DNA of 64,000 nucleotides from a virus (Duplodnaviria; Caudoviricetes): IMG/VR virus record IMGVR_UViG_3300042196_000418; one strand, 5' to 3'. Shown piece by piece: positions 12,320 to 20,645 of this stretch (position 1 is its first letter; each line of letters starts with the position of its first letter). The notes under the pieces were generated by a model. It saw only the letters and a program-made list of their open reading frames with translations, ran no database searches and was not told where the DNA came from. The position numbers and the translations under genes were made by a program.

Positions 12320-13402
12320 TCAGCTCACCGCGTCGTCGACCGCCTCATCGCCCGCGTCGTCGCTCGGCGGCGGAGGCGCGTGCAGACCGAGGTGGTCGTA
12401 GGCAACCTTGCGGTTGAGCGAGAGCACCGAACCCTCGCGCACGTAGATGTCCACCCCGTGAACCATGGTGAGCCGGTTGCGGATCTTCCGCTTGAGGCAC
12501 ACGTCGGTCACGAAGCACTTGTGCGTGTACGAGTTCACGCGCGGGTGGTTCGCGTTGTCTGGATCACCGTTGGGGTTGGATCGGATCGCCTCCCAGATCA
12601 GCCACGCGTCCCAGCGATTCCCGATGACGGCGTCCTCTGCCAAGCCGGCCATCACGTGAGCGGCCGACATCTCCGGGTGCAGATCGATCACGAAGATCTC
12701 GACGTTGGGCGTGGGCGATGCGCCGACAACAACGTCGAAGTCACTATAGCTCTGCGGATCCGGCACCCTCTGCTGGATGTTGATCAGCTCGCGCAGGAGG
12801 GCCGGCGAGCAGTCGCCGCGCTTGGACGCGTGCTTGGCGATGATGAGCTTGCGCACCGCCAGCATGGGACGTGTCGCCGACGCGTCGTTGTCGAAGATGT
12901 GGAGGCAGTCGTCGTAGAACCGCCCGAGATCGCGGTTGGTCATGCCCGACTTGTCCGCCCAGAACGGATTGACGCTGATTGGCGTGAAGAAGAGAGCGTA
13001 GTCCACGATCCACTTGGACCCCATGGTCTGGTTCGCGTCCTGGTTGTCCGCCAGCGTCTCGTTGGCGACCGCGACGCGCGTGATCGGCACCTCCAGGATG
13101 TGCGGAATGTTCACCGAGTTGGTGATCTCGAGCTGGATCGGGCCGTGGAGCGAACCCGCGTCGTAGCCTCCCTCGCCCTTACCTGCGAGTACACCGCCGA
13201 ACAGCCTCAGATCCGGATAGATCTGAACGAGGTGTCCCTGGGCGGCGGCCGACATCCTGTCGCGATCTTCGTAGCCGACCTTCGCCTTGGCGCCGTTGCC
13301 GTTCTTGCCGTTGCCGTTGCCGTTGCCATTCTTGCCGTTGCCGTTCTTGTCGTGGTTCGGACTCTTCGCTGGCTTCTTCATTTTCTTGGTTCTCTCTTTC
13401 AC
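12320..13402 (-). CDS. cas7: Type I-C Cas7 (Csd2), circularly permuted
   Basis: Cas7c motifs YPDLRLFG (aa 62-69), HGPIQ, ITRV, TMGSK (126-130), FDNDASATRP (170-179) and PQSYSDF are present. The normally N-terminal NPNGDPD...TDVCLKRKIRN block lies at aa 276-309. The start may instead be the ATG at 13381. Confidence 0.93.
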   Translation of the reverse strand: MKERTKKMKKPAKSPNHDKNGNGKNGNGNGNGKNGNGAKAKVGYEDRDRMSAAAQGHLVQIYPDLRLFGGVLAGKGEGGYDAGSLHGPIQLEITNSVNIPHILEVPITRVAVANETLADNQDANQTMGSKWIVDYALFFTPISVNPFWADKSGMTNRDLGRFYDDCLHIFDNDASATRPMLAVRKLIIAKHASKRGDCSPALLRELINIQQRVPDPQSYSDFDVVVGASPTPNVEIFVIDLHPEMSAAHVMAGLAEDAVIGNRWDAWLIWEAIRSNPNGDPDNANHPRVNSYTHKCFVTDVCLKRKIRNRLTMVHGVDIYVREGSVLSLNRKVAYDHLGLHAPPPPSDDAGDEAVDDAVS

Positions 13403-13444
13403 CTTTTCGTTTTCGTCGTCACGTGTCTTATCTCGGTGTTGTTG

Positions 13445-13969
13445 TCAGTCGTCGTTGTCCTCCTCGTCCTGGTCCCCGTCGTCGGACAAGGACTGCTTCG
13501 GGACTTCGACCTCTTGCGCGCGAGCGCGAGCTGCCGTCCGCTTGCGGTACTCTTCCCACAACCACCCCGTGTAGTTGTTGAAGCCGATCCAGAACAGCAT
13601 CTGCTCTTCCTTGGTGAGCCGCTGTGGGATTTGCGCCAGGCTCAGCTCTGCTTCGTCGGTCTCCGTGAGCGGTCCCTGGACACCGAGACGCGTCACCAGG
13701 GCGTTCATGCGCTGCTGGGACAGCATCGCCATGCCCTGCCGCCGCTTGCTGTTGAGCTTCTTGATGTGCTTGGTGTGCAGCGTCAGCACGTCGGGAAGGA
13801 CGTTGTACGGGCTCTGCACGATCTCGGTTCGCGACAAGCTCGAATGTTGGGGATGGTTGATCGCGATGTTCTGGACGTAGTTCGCCTCGGCCATGATGCA
13901 GCCGATAACCATCGGGATCGGCATCACGATGAGGTTCTGACTCTTGAGAGGATCTGCGTGAATCGTCAC
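13445..13969 (-). CDS. cas11: Probable Cas11 small subunit translated from an internal start in cas8c (174 aa)
   Basis: An in-frame GTG at 13969 has AAGGA 6 nt upstream, exactly where the C-terminal helical domain begins. Internal translation of Cas11 from cas8c is established for type I-C. Confidence 0.6.
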   Translation of the reverse strand: MTIHADPLKSQNLIVMPIPMVIGCIMAEANYVQNIAINHPQHSSLSRTEIVQSPYNVLPDVLTLHTKHIKKLNSKRRQGMAMLSQQRMNALVTRLGVQGPLTETDEAELSLAQIPQRLTKEEQMLFWIGFNNYTGWLWEEYRKRTAARARAQEVEVPKQSLSDDGDQDEEDNDD

Positions 13970-15502
13970 TGGTATTCCTTTTCGGATGAGATCGAGTTTG
14001 AGCAGACTGCACCGAACCGGCAGCAGCCGCCGCCATTGCTTGCGGCCGTCGTTGTCGCCGGGATACGTGTTGCAGCGCTTCAGCGCTGCCGCCGCAATCT
14101 CCACGGGAACGCGCTCACCCTGGAGAATGCAGCGCAGCATCCCGTCGACGGTGCTGGACGGAAACCGCTCGTCCATGCGCGTGCGCAGTGCCGCCAGGAG
14201 CTGCGAAAGCGGTCGAGGCCGGCTACTGCTAGGGATCGGCAAGGTCATGTCGTCCATGTACTGCTGGATGCGCCGCCGCAGATCGCCGATCGTGCCGCTG
14301 ACCGCATTCCGGTACACGACGCGGCCGTTGTCGGAGATCAGCAGGGAGTGGAAGTAGTCCTCGCGGAACAGCGGCATGGTGCGGCCCGTACGATGAACCG
14401 CGAGCAATTCCTCCACGACCTTCTCGTCGGCCTCGACCGCCAACAGCTCGCGCACGGACGCCTCGTCCGCCACTTCGATCCGCAGGAACGTCTCGGCCGG
14501 CTCAATACTCGGTCCCGCGATCAGCGCTGTCACGGCCCCGCGGACCGGCATCTCCGTATGCGGATCGCCGGTCCAGATGAGAAACACTGCGTCGCCAGGT
14601 TGAGGTTTGCCCGAGCTATTGAGGTACACGCCGCCGCGCGGCTTGTAGCGCGCGCCGATCGTTCCGTCGGCGCGCTTGAACGGAATGGCCACGCGCTCTA
14701 GCAACAAATTCGCAGCGGCGGCCACGCCTTCGGCGACGTCTTGGCTGACAGGGGCGTTCGCTCCCTGTAGCAGACCGAAGGAACACCAGGCCGGCTGGTT
14801 GTTCGACGAGAGAGCCGAGCTGCCGCCCTTCGCTCCGGGCAACCCCTTGATCGGCGGCTGCGTGTTGCACAGAGGACCGCGCCGACCCGTGACAATGCAC
14901 GTGATCATCTCTCCGCCAGCGCCGCCTGACTGGATCGGACGGTGCGCGCGGATCCACTCCTTCACGCGAGGGCTCTCGTAGACCGGTACCAGCGCGTTGT
15001 TCGCGCGAACGACGACCGTGACCCACTCCGAGCCCGTCAGCGGCTTCCCGTCGCTCCAGCCGAGGCACTTGACGGCAGCCTCCGCCGGAGTCCCATACGT
15101 GCCGTCCGCGAGGTCGTCGACGAACTGCGACAGGGCCTCGGCGTAGGGGTCGCGCGTATCCACGGCCATCTGCCGTAGGTGATCTCGATAGACGCCTTGC
15201 AGCTCGAGTCCGCGCTGCGCGACCTTCGCGGCTCTCGCCGCCGTCGTCGCTTTCGCATCGGTCTTGTGGGCGGTGTAGCACGCGACAGATTCCACGACGG
15301 CACTGACCGTGTTGCCTGACGTACGCCCCGATTGCATGGGCGCACGCAGTGTCACGTAGGGCTCGGTACCCGACGTGATGCGTTGACCAGCGAGCCAGCG
15401 ACCTTTCAGATCGATGACGATCTGATAGTCCACTCGGCGATCCGCGAAACCTGGATCCACCAGGTTCTTGCGCTCCGCGTAGCTGAAGAGGTTGTGGTGC
15501 AT
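13445..15502 (-). CDS. cas8c: Type I-C Cas8c (Csd1) large subunit, divergent
   Basis: Lies between cas5 and cas7. CIVTG...PPIKGLPGA...ALSSNN..AWCSFGLLQGANAPVS matches the Csd1 signature, and the C-terminal P.RLT.EEQ..F.IG matches the Cas11-like domain. Confidence 0.88.
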   Translation of the reverse strand: MHHNLFSYAERKNLVDPGFADRRVDYQIVIDLKGRWLAGQRITSGTEPYVTLRAPMQSGRTSGNTVSAVVESVACYTAHKTDAKATTAARAAKVAQRGLELQGVYRDHLRQMAVDTRDPYAEALSQFVDDLADGTYGTPAEAAVKCLGWSDGKPLTGSEWVTVVVRANNALVPVYESPRVKEWIRAHRPIQSGGAGGEMITCIVTGRRGPLCNTQPPIKGLPGAKGGSSALSSNNQPAWCSFGLLQGANAPVSQDVAEGVAAAANLLLERVAIPFKRADGTIGARYKPRGGVYLNSSGKPQPGDAVFLIWTGDPHTEMPVRGAVTALIAGPSIEPAETFLRIEVADEASVRELLAVEADEKVVEELLAVHRTGRTMPLFREDYFHSLLISDNGRVVYRNAVSGTIGDLRRRIQQYMDDMTLPIPSSSRPRPLSQLLAALRTRMDERFPSSTVDGMLRCILQGERVPVEIAAAALKRCNTYPGDNDGRKQWRRLLPVRCSLLKLDLIRKGIPVTIHADPLKSQNLIVMPIPMVIGCIMAEANYVQNIAINHPQHSSLSRTEIVQSPYNVLPDVLTLHTKHIKKLNSKRRQGMAMLSQQRMNALVTRLGVQGPLTETDEAELSLAQIPQRLTKEEQMLFWIGFNNYTGWLWEEYRKRTAARARAQEVEVPKQSLSDDGDQDEEDNDD

Positions 15503-15511
15503 GTCTCGCTC

Positions 15512-16144
15512 CTACTGTTGAGTTGCCGCCACGACGGCCTGGTAGGAGGGAATGCGGACGGAGCCGTTCACGAGGCGCGCGTCGAACATCAGCGGCTCGG
15601 GAGGCGACTTCTTGAAGTTTCGTCCGTACAACATCGGACCGAGGGGGCGATCGACACCCTGCTCGATCGTCTGGTAGCTCTCGGGCGCCTCCATGAGGTC
15701 GCAGACGAACGGGAACATTCCGAAGCACGGCGTATGGTGGAGCTGCCCGCGCCTCAGGTAGCGCTCGAACATCTCCGTGAATGCGGTGACATTGTGCTGT
15801 GCCTTGTCATCCAGCTCGAAATAGGCGGTGAACACGTAGTCGACGTCGTACAGACCGACCGTGTTGCGCTGCGTGCGTACGTCTTCCACGTTGAAGGGCT
15901 GGCCCGAGGAGCCGGTGCACGTCACTTCGTTCGTACGCATGTTGAAGTAACGGATCGGGCGCAGGACCTCGATCAACGTCGGCCTCCAGTGGAGTCCAGG
16001 GTGCCAAAGCACCGCTTCGAAGATGCCCACGATCGCCGACGGAGTCGGCACGTCGTACGTCAGCCGCTCGACGCGGCACAGCGGTCGGGTAATGACCGCG
16101 CGCTCGGCCTTTGCCCGAATCTTGAAGTCTTTACTGCGTTGCAT
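15512..16144 (-). CDS. cas5: Type I-C Cas5 (Cas5d)
   Basis: Motifs TRP...VERLTYDVPTPSA..GIFEAVLW.P, IEVLRPIRY...RTNEV, RTQR....LYDVDY, P.FG and LGPMLY; preceded by the RBS AGAGGAGG. Confidence 0.93.
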   Translation of the reverse strand: MQRSKDFKIRAKAERAVITRPLCRVERLTYDVPTPSAIVGIFEAVLWHPGLHWRPTLIEVLRPIRYFNMRTNEVTCTGSSGQPFNVEDVRTQRNTVGLYDVDYVFTAYFELDDKAQHNVTAFTEMFERYLRRGQLHHTPCFGMFPFVCDLMEAPESYQTIEQGVDRPLGPMLYGRNFKKSPPEPLMFDARLVNGSVRIPSYQAVVAATQQ

Positions 16145-16197
16145 TTCTAGTCCTCCTCTTTGTGTGTTCGTTCTTGGCCGGTCCAGTTGCCGTCCAA

Positions 16198-16434
16198 TCA
16201 GGGTCGGTAGTTCATGGCCGGATTGCTGGACAACGTTCTCGGCACGTATCCGGCATTTCGCAAGGCTGTTTCAAGATCGTCCGAGAATTCGGAATCTACG
16301 GACCGCCGTCTCTGGGCGTATTCCCACAGCAAATCCTGCGCAGTCGGATCTTTGACACTGAGCGGGACCTTACCGCGTGGACAAGTCGGGTATTTGTCAC
16401 TCTGAAACTCCCCATCGATCAGATGTGCGCTCAC
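16198..16434 (-). CDS. Small hypothetical protein inserted between cas3 and cas5
   Basis: 78-aa ORF, co-oriented with the operon, with a strong RBS (AAGGAG) before the GTG start. Confidence 0.7.
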   Translation of the reverse strand: MSAHLIDGEFQSDKYPTCPRGKVPLSVKDPTAQDLLWEYAQRRRSVDSEFSDDLETALRNAGYVPRTLSSNPAMNYRP

Positions 16435-16465
16435 TTTAGTTCTCCTTGGGTACTAACCAATTCGT

Positions 16466-18565
16466 TCAAGCGTCGAGTAGGCCGAGCTGGTCGTAGCTTC
16501 GGGTGCCGCGCAGGTAGACGACGGCATCCGCCACCCAACGCGCGCGGTCTTGTTGCAGGTATCGATCGCGCTCCTCGACCGCAACCCAGATCACGAAGTC
16601 CATGAGCTGCCGCAGTAGCAACTTGTCGGGTCCATGTGCGGCCAGGCGTTTGATCAACGCCTTGACAGATTCCTGCCCCTCGCGCGGCGGTGCGGGAACC
16701 ACGATGGGCACCAAGCCGGCATCGCCGAGCGCCACGTCGCCCGGCACGGGATGCCTCCCACCGACGCGCAGGGTCTTGCCGGCGAGGGTGCGAAAGCGCA
16801 GTTGCTCGCGATCGCGCTGTAGATCCTCCGCCCACGTACAACGACCGCGGCTGAGCTTCAGGTCTCGATCGTAGCTGTCCCACGTCATCTTCGCGGTGAG
16901 CTGGAGAGGGCCGTCCAGCAATAGCAGCTGAGTCACGTGTGCTTCGAGCGAGAGCTCAGCCGCCGGGAAAACGCGGTACGCACCGGCACGATGATCACCG
17001 GCGTCTGCACGCTGGCTCGTAACGGTGATCGATGGCAGGTCGGACATCTCGCGCCAGACAACCCCGAAGGTCACGTCGCGCGTCTCGCCCACGGAATCCG
17101 TGGCGAGGCGCAGCGGCCTCCCCTCGCGCTTGTGATCGTGCACCACGCGGAGCACCTCGCGTCTGTCTCTCGGACACATGCGCGACGACAGATAGAACCA
17201 ACGCCGCGTTCCAGCAACGTCCGCAAACGAGCGCATCGATCGTGGGCTGTTCCACACGACGAGACAATCTGGGTGCGTACGTGTCTTCAGGCTGCGGAGT
17301 AGCTTCCGGGGCGTCGGAACCTTGGCGCGCGGCTTCGGCCACGTCGCCGCAGTCCTGGGTTCAAGGCGCCCGAACGCCTCCGGCATCCCGATTTCTCTGG
17401 CGCCCTCGACGATCGGATAAGGGACGGTCGAGACGAACGTGACGGTCGATCGAAAGTGCGCAACCAAGGTCCTCAAGGTGTCGACGACAACGGGCGCGAT
17501 CGGTGCGGGCAGTCGCCACGCGTCTTCCACCAAGACCATGGCGCACGCGATTCGATGCAGGCGACGGCACGAGGCTGGACGGTTGTCGAACAAGAGACCG
17601 ACAACGTCGCGCAGCGTCGTGGCGATAACCGGCGCATCCCAGTCTTCGATCGCGACGGGGATACCGCGGTTTCGCGAATAAAAGGCAGACGGCACGACGA
17701 TCGCTTCACCAAGGATTCCTCGCAGCTCCTCCACGCGCTGCTCAAGCGCGGCCTGTGTCGCGCAGACAATGACGACGCGCTGTAGGCCGTGCCGGACGGC
17801 ATGCCCCACCGCATAGCAAGCCAAGCTCCGCGCGTCGACGATGCTCGACGGCGCCGAGAGCTGATACCAGCCCAAAGGTTCGGTGGAGATCTGCTCACAC
17901 GTGTGCCAGAAAGCATCACGGAGGCGCGTCAGCTCGTCGCGCTTAGTCCAATGCCGTGGAGGATGCGCGAGCAAGCGTTCGTGTAAGCTCGCTAGATTCA
18001 CAGGCTGCGGAGTGGGTTGCGGCGTGTCCGACACGCTGGCTTCCCATGCTTGTGCTTCCGCACGATCGGCATCGACGTGCGCCGAGAAGATGAGGCGCGT
18101 GAAGAGCTCGCGGTGCGCGGTGCCAGAGAAGCTGCGCGATGCAATGCGATGCCCGAGAATCCCCGGCGCGATGTCTCGTAAGCAGTGGCTGTAGGTCGCG
18201 CCTTCCGTGCAGATGCCAGGCAGCTCGCTCAGATCAGGAATTCCTGCGTGCGTTCCTGCGATCGCGAGAGCGACCAACTCTCGAACCTCTGCGGGCAGCC
18301 AGCGGCACGCGTACCACGCGCCGACGAACGAATGGTTCACGCGATCGTTCGCGAACGGAACACGCACGTGTTTCTGAAACTCGACAGCGGCCTTGCCTAG
18401 GTCGGACCACAGTGCGGCGACATGGGCTTCAGGTGCGCAGCCAAAGAGCGCGGCCAGATTACGCGCACGCGCTGCGGTCGCTCGAATGTCCTCATCTAAC
18501 GATCGCACGTAGCGACCCGCAGATCGCGCTATCAGCTGTGTCGTCTTCGCCATGCCCTTGTTCAC
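16466..18565 (-). CDS. cas3: Cas3 (HD plus SF2 helicase architecture) with substituted catalytic motifs; predicted inactive
   Basis: Colinear with I-C Cas3: DLGK..EFQ, VNHS..GA, AIAG.HAG.PD, RLIFS..VDAD, WDAPVI.TT, LFDNRP.SCRRLH.IA, LSSRMCP..R. The catalytic positions are altered (see findings). The start may instead be the ATG at 18553. Confidence 0.9.
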   Translation of the reverse strand: MNKGMAKTTQLIARSAGRYVRSLDEDIRATAARARNLAALFGCAPEAHVAALWSDLGKAAVEFQKHVRVPFANDRVNHSFVGAWYACRWLPAEVRELVALAIAGTHAGIPDLSELPGICTEGATYSHCLRDIAPGILGHRIASRSFSGTAHRELFTRLIFSAHVDADRAEAQAWEASVSDTPQPTPQPVNLASLHERLLAHPPRHWTKRDELTRLRDAFWHTCEQISTEPLGWYQLSAPSSIVDARSLACYAVGHAVRHGLQRVVIVCATQAALEQRVEELRGILGEAIVVPSAFYSRNRGIPVAIEDWDAPVIATTLRDVVGLLFDNRPASCRRLHRIACAMVLVEDAWRLPAPIAPVVVDTLRTLVAHFRSTVTFVSTVPYPIVEGAREIGMPEAFGRLEPRTAATWPKPRAKVPTPRKLLRSLKTRTHPDCLVVWNSPRSMRSFADVAGTRRWFYLSSRMCPRDRREVLRVVHDHKREGRPLRLATDSVGETRDVTFGVVWREMSDLPSITVTSQRADAGDHRAGAYRVFPAAELSLEAHVTQLLLLDGPLQLTAKMTWDSYDRDLKLSRGRCTWAEDLQRDREQLRFRTLAGKTLRVGGRHPVPGDVALGDAGLVPIVVPAPPREGQESVKALIKRLAAHGPDKLLLRQLMDFVIWVAVEERDRYLQQDRARWVADAVVYLRGTRSYDQLGLLDA

Positions 18566-18599
18566 CTAGACGTCTGCACGCTTGGTCATAGCTAACGCG

Positions 18600-18686
18600 A
18601 CGTCTAACAGCGTGCGCATCCTTGCGTCAAGGTGTTTCACATGTACATGCGTTTGACATGCGAGGCATGTGTCCGTAATGTGTGCT
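18600..18686. promoter_or_regulatory. Divergent sigma70-type promoter region with a central palindrome
   Basis: Plus strand: TTGACA (18653-58), 17 bp, TAATGT (18676-81). Minus strand: TTGACG (18630-25) facing cas3. The perfect palindrome CATGTACATG (18640-18649) lies between the two -35 boxes. Confidence 0.6.
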
Positions 18687-18878
18687 GTGCCTACGCGATC
18701 CCCCAGGATTAAAACCAAGAAGCGAGACACGACCGTGTTCCTTCAGGTGAAGGTCAGCCGTCGCGCGGCCGACTTGCTTCGCAAGCGGGCGAAGCGCGCG
18801 TTACGCTCGCAGGCAAGTTACTTGCGGGCTGTTATCTACCGAGACCTCGGCATTTTCAGCGAAATAGACAGCCGCTGA
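18687..18878 (+). CDS. Ribbon-helix-helix-like DNA-binding protein, probably leaderless, divergent from cas3
   Basis: Beta-alpha-alpha pattern TVFLQVKVS-RRAADLLRKRAK-RSQASYLRAVIYRDL. An in-frame GTG sits 5 nt after the -10 box; the ORF track start is 18669. Confidence 0.65.
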   Translation: MPTRSPRIKTKKRDTTVFLQVKVSRRAADLLRKRAKRALRSQASYLRAVIYRDLGIFSEIDSR

Positions 18879-18926
18879 TCCGAGAACAGCGCCGCTGTCA
18901 GGCCGCACGGGCAGAATAGATCTCCC

Positions 18927-19301
18927 ATGCCCAAGAGCCAGCGCCGTACGTTCGTTGTCAAAGATCCGATCTCGCCTGCGGACGCCAACTCGCCAGCAGA
19001 GCGCAAAAAGAAACAGCGATTCGTCAACGTACTCATACAGGCGATTACAGCTGCCACAGAGCATGGCCCTAGCCCCAAAGCGTGGCATGTCGGCGTCGAA
19101 ATGCGGTCGCCGGTCGAGGTTCGCGATCGCTTCTTCGTGACGTTCGACGTCGAGGGAAAACGGGTGAGCGCCATCGGACCCATGTCGGCGGACGTCGTGG
19201 ACCACCTGCTCTGGTTCGTCGAGAGCGGACTGCAAGCAGATTTGCCAGGAGCCAAGGCCGGCTCGTGCACGCGAAAGATCACAAACCTGTCAAACCATTG
19301 A
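18927..19301 (+). CDS. Hypothetical protein
   Basis: 124-aa ORF directly downstream of the RHH gene. Confidence 0.55.
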   Translation: MPKSQRRTFVVKDPISPADANSPAERKKKQRFVNVLIQAITAATEHGPSPKAWHVGVEMRSPVEVRDRFFVTFDVEGKRVSAIGPMSADVVDHLLWFVESGLQADLPGAKAGSCTRKITNLSNH

Positions 19302-19322
19302 CGCGCCGTGGTTCGAGCTACG

Positions 19323-19733
19323 TCACGCGGGACATGTCTGCCGCGCGCCGGTGAGATACCGCAGCAAGTCGACGCGGCCTCCATAGTTCACGAGGATGAT
19401 CGGTGCGTCCGCGAGATAGGACGCTGCCAACCGATGATGGCCGTCGAGCAGGATGGGCACGGGGTAGATCCGTCCGTGGTCGCACTCGTTGTCGACCTCG
19501 ATCGCGTCCAGCTTCTCACCAGTCAGCAGGCGCTCGTAGAAGTGCCTGATCCGGCCATAGTCCCACGCGCGTGTCGGCTGCTTTAGGGTCCTCTCCGCAT
19601 CGCTCACGTAGCCTGGCTGCGCGCGATACCGGAGGAGCTTCGTGATCGTCATCCCGCGCATGGGAAGATTCCGCTCGGGCCACGCATAGAGCGACCACAG
19701 TCGCTCGACGAGCACCTTGCTGGGAGCCGTCAC
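19323..19733 (-). CDS. ParB/Srx-like N-terminal domain protein
   Basis: AIEVD...ILLDGHHRLAAS motif; the GTG start overlaps the upstream stop. Confidence 0.65.
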   Translation of the reverse strand: MTAPSKVLVERLWSLYAWPERNLPMRGMTITKLLRYRAQPGYVSDAERTLKQPTRAWDYGRIRHFYERLLTGEKLDAIEVDNECDHGRIYPVPILLDGHHRLAASYLADAPIILVNYGGRVDLLRYLTGARQTCPA

Positions 19734-20254
19734 GACGCGTTGCTCCAACGCACGTACTCACGAAGCTCGACGATCAGCGCGCGTTGCTCAGGCGTGAGCG
19801 ATCGCTCCAGCTGAAGGCGTTGATCCGGCGTCAGCCGGTGCCACAGGGACCAAAAGTAGCGTTCTCGGGTCATGTCTTCTCGCTGGGGTGTTCACGTCTT
19901 CGTAGCGCGGGGTGGAACACCCACAGCCGCTCGACGATCGCCTTGCTGGGAGCACTTACGGGCTCTTCACGCCGAAGATGTTCTGCCAATTCTTGACGAG
20001 CAGATCAATTCATCGCCAATGGGGCGGAAAACCATTTCGTCGCCGGTTACGTTCACACTGGCAGCCTTTGCTGAGGTGGTACGCGCCGTGCTCGCTGCGC
20101 TGACTCCAACGCCGACCGCACATGCCGCAGGGATGGTTGTCGCAGCAACACTCGAAGTAGTAGTGCCTCGACGTCGGGCAAATGCCGTTCGCGGGAAGGA
20201 CACTACGTGCGGTCCGCTTGGAGACGACGTGTGTTGCGAGCGCTTCGCGGCGCT

Positions 20255-20323
20255 TCATGGCTTCACGTCCTCATCGCGCAGCGCGACCGGCAGCTTATCG
20301 ACCGCCTCGCGTTTGCCTTTCTG
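20255..20323 (-). pseudogene. Diverged copy of the 3' end of the integrase gene
   Basis: Encodes QKGKREAVDKLPVALRDEDVKP*, compared with the integrase C-terminus EKGKREAVEKMPIALRYEDLKR* (27386-27454). Confidence 0.75.
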
Positions 20324-20390
20324 CGTGGCGAGGCGATCGACTTCATCGCCAGCTCCGCGTCGCGCGACTGATGGATGAGCGCTTGCTTCG

Positions 20391-20633
20391 TCATGTGTGT
20401 TGGTCCCGCTTGCAGTCGTGGTTGACGTGGGTGTTCCCGCCGAGCAGGCATTCCTTACCCTCGCGATCGAGCCAGCACCGGTAGCGAGCCTTGCGATGAT
20501 CGACGTCCGCGTAATCGCAGCACGTGCAGCCTCCGCAGGTCTCGCAGACCTCGATGCCCTGGTCGCCGAAGTAGACGTAGCCCTCGCAGCTGCGTGTGTA
20601 GACCGGCTGTGGTTCCTCAGCATCTGTGCTCAT
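20391..20633 (-). CDS. Small Cys-rich hypothetical protein
   Basis: CETCGGCTCC motif; RBS GGAG; chained with neighbouring genes. Confidence 0.55.
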   Translation of the reverse strand: MSTDAEEPQPVYTRSCEGYVYFGDQGIEVCETCGGCTCCDYADVDHRKARYRCWLDREGKECLLGGNTHVNHDCKRDQHT

Positions 20634-20645
20634 GTCGTCTCCGTT

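Noticed and set aside
46-12401. Many long ORFs (FQPARPQTAIAT / VSTRATADSDRD / FNPRDRRQRSR)
   Set aside because: They are translations of the stop-free CRISPR repeat, not genes.
12293-14701. 802-aa plus-strand ORF
   Set aside because: It is an antisense shadow of cas7/cas8c in GC-rich DNA and has no motifs.
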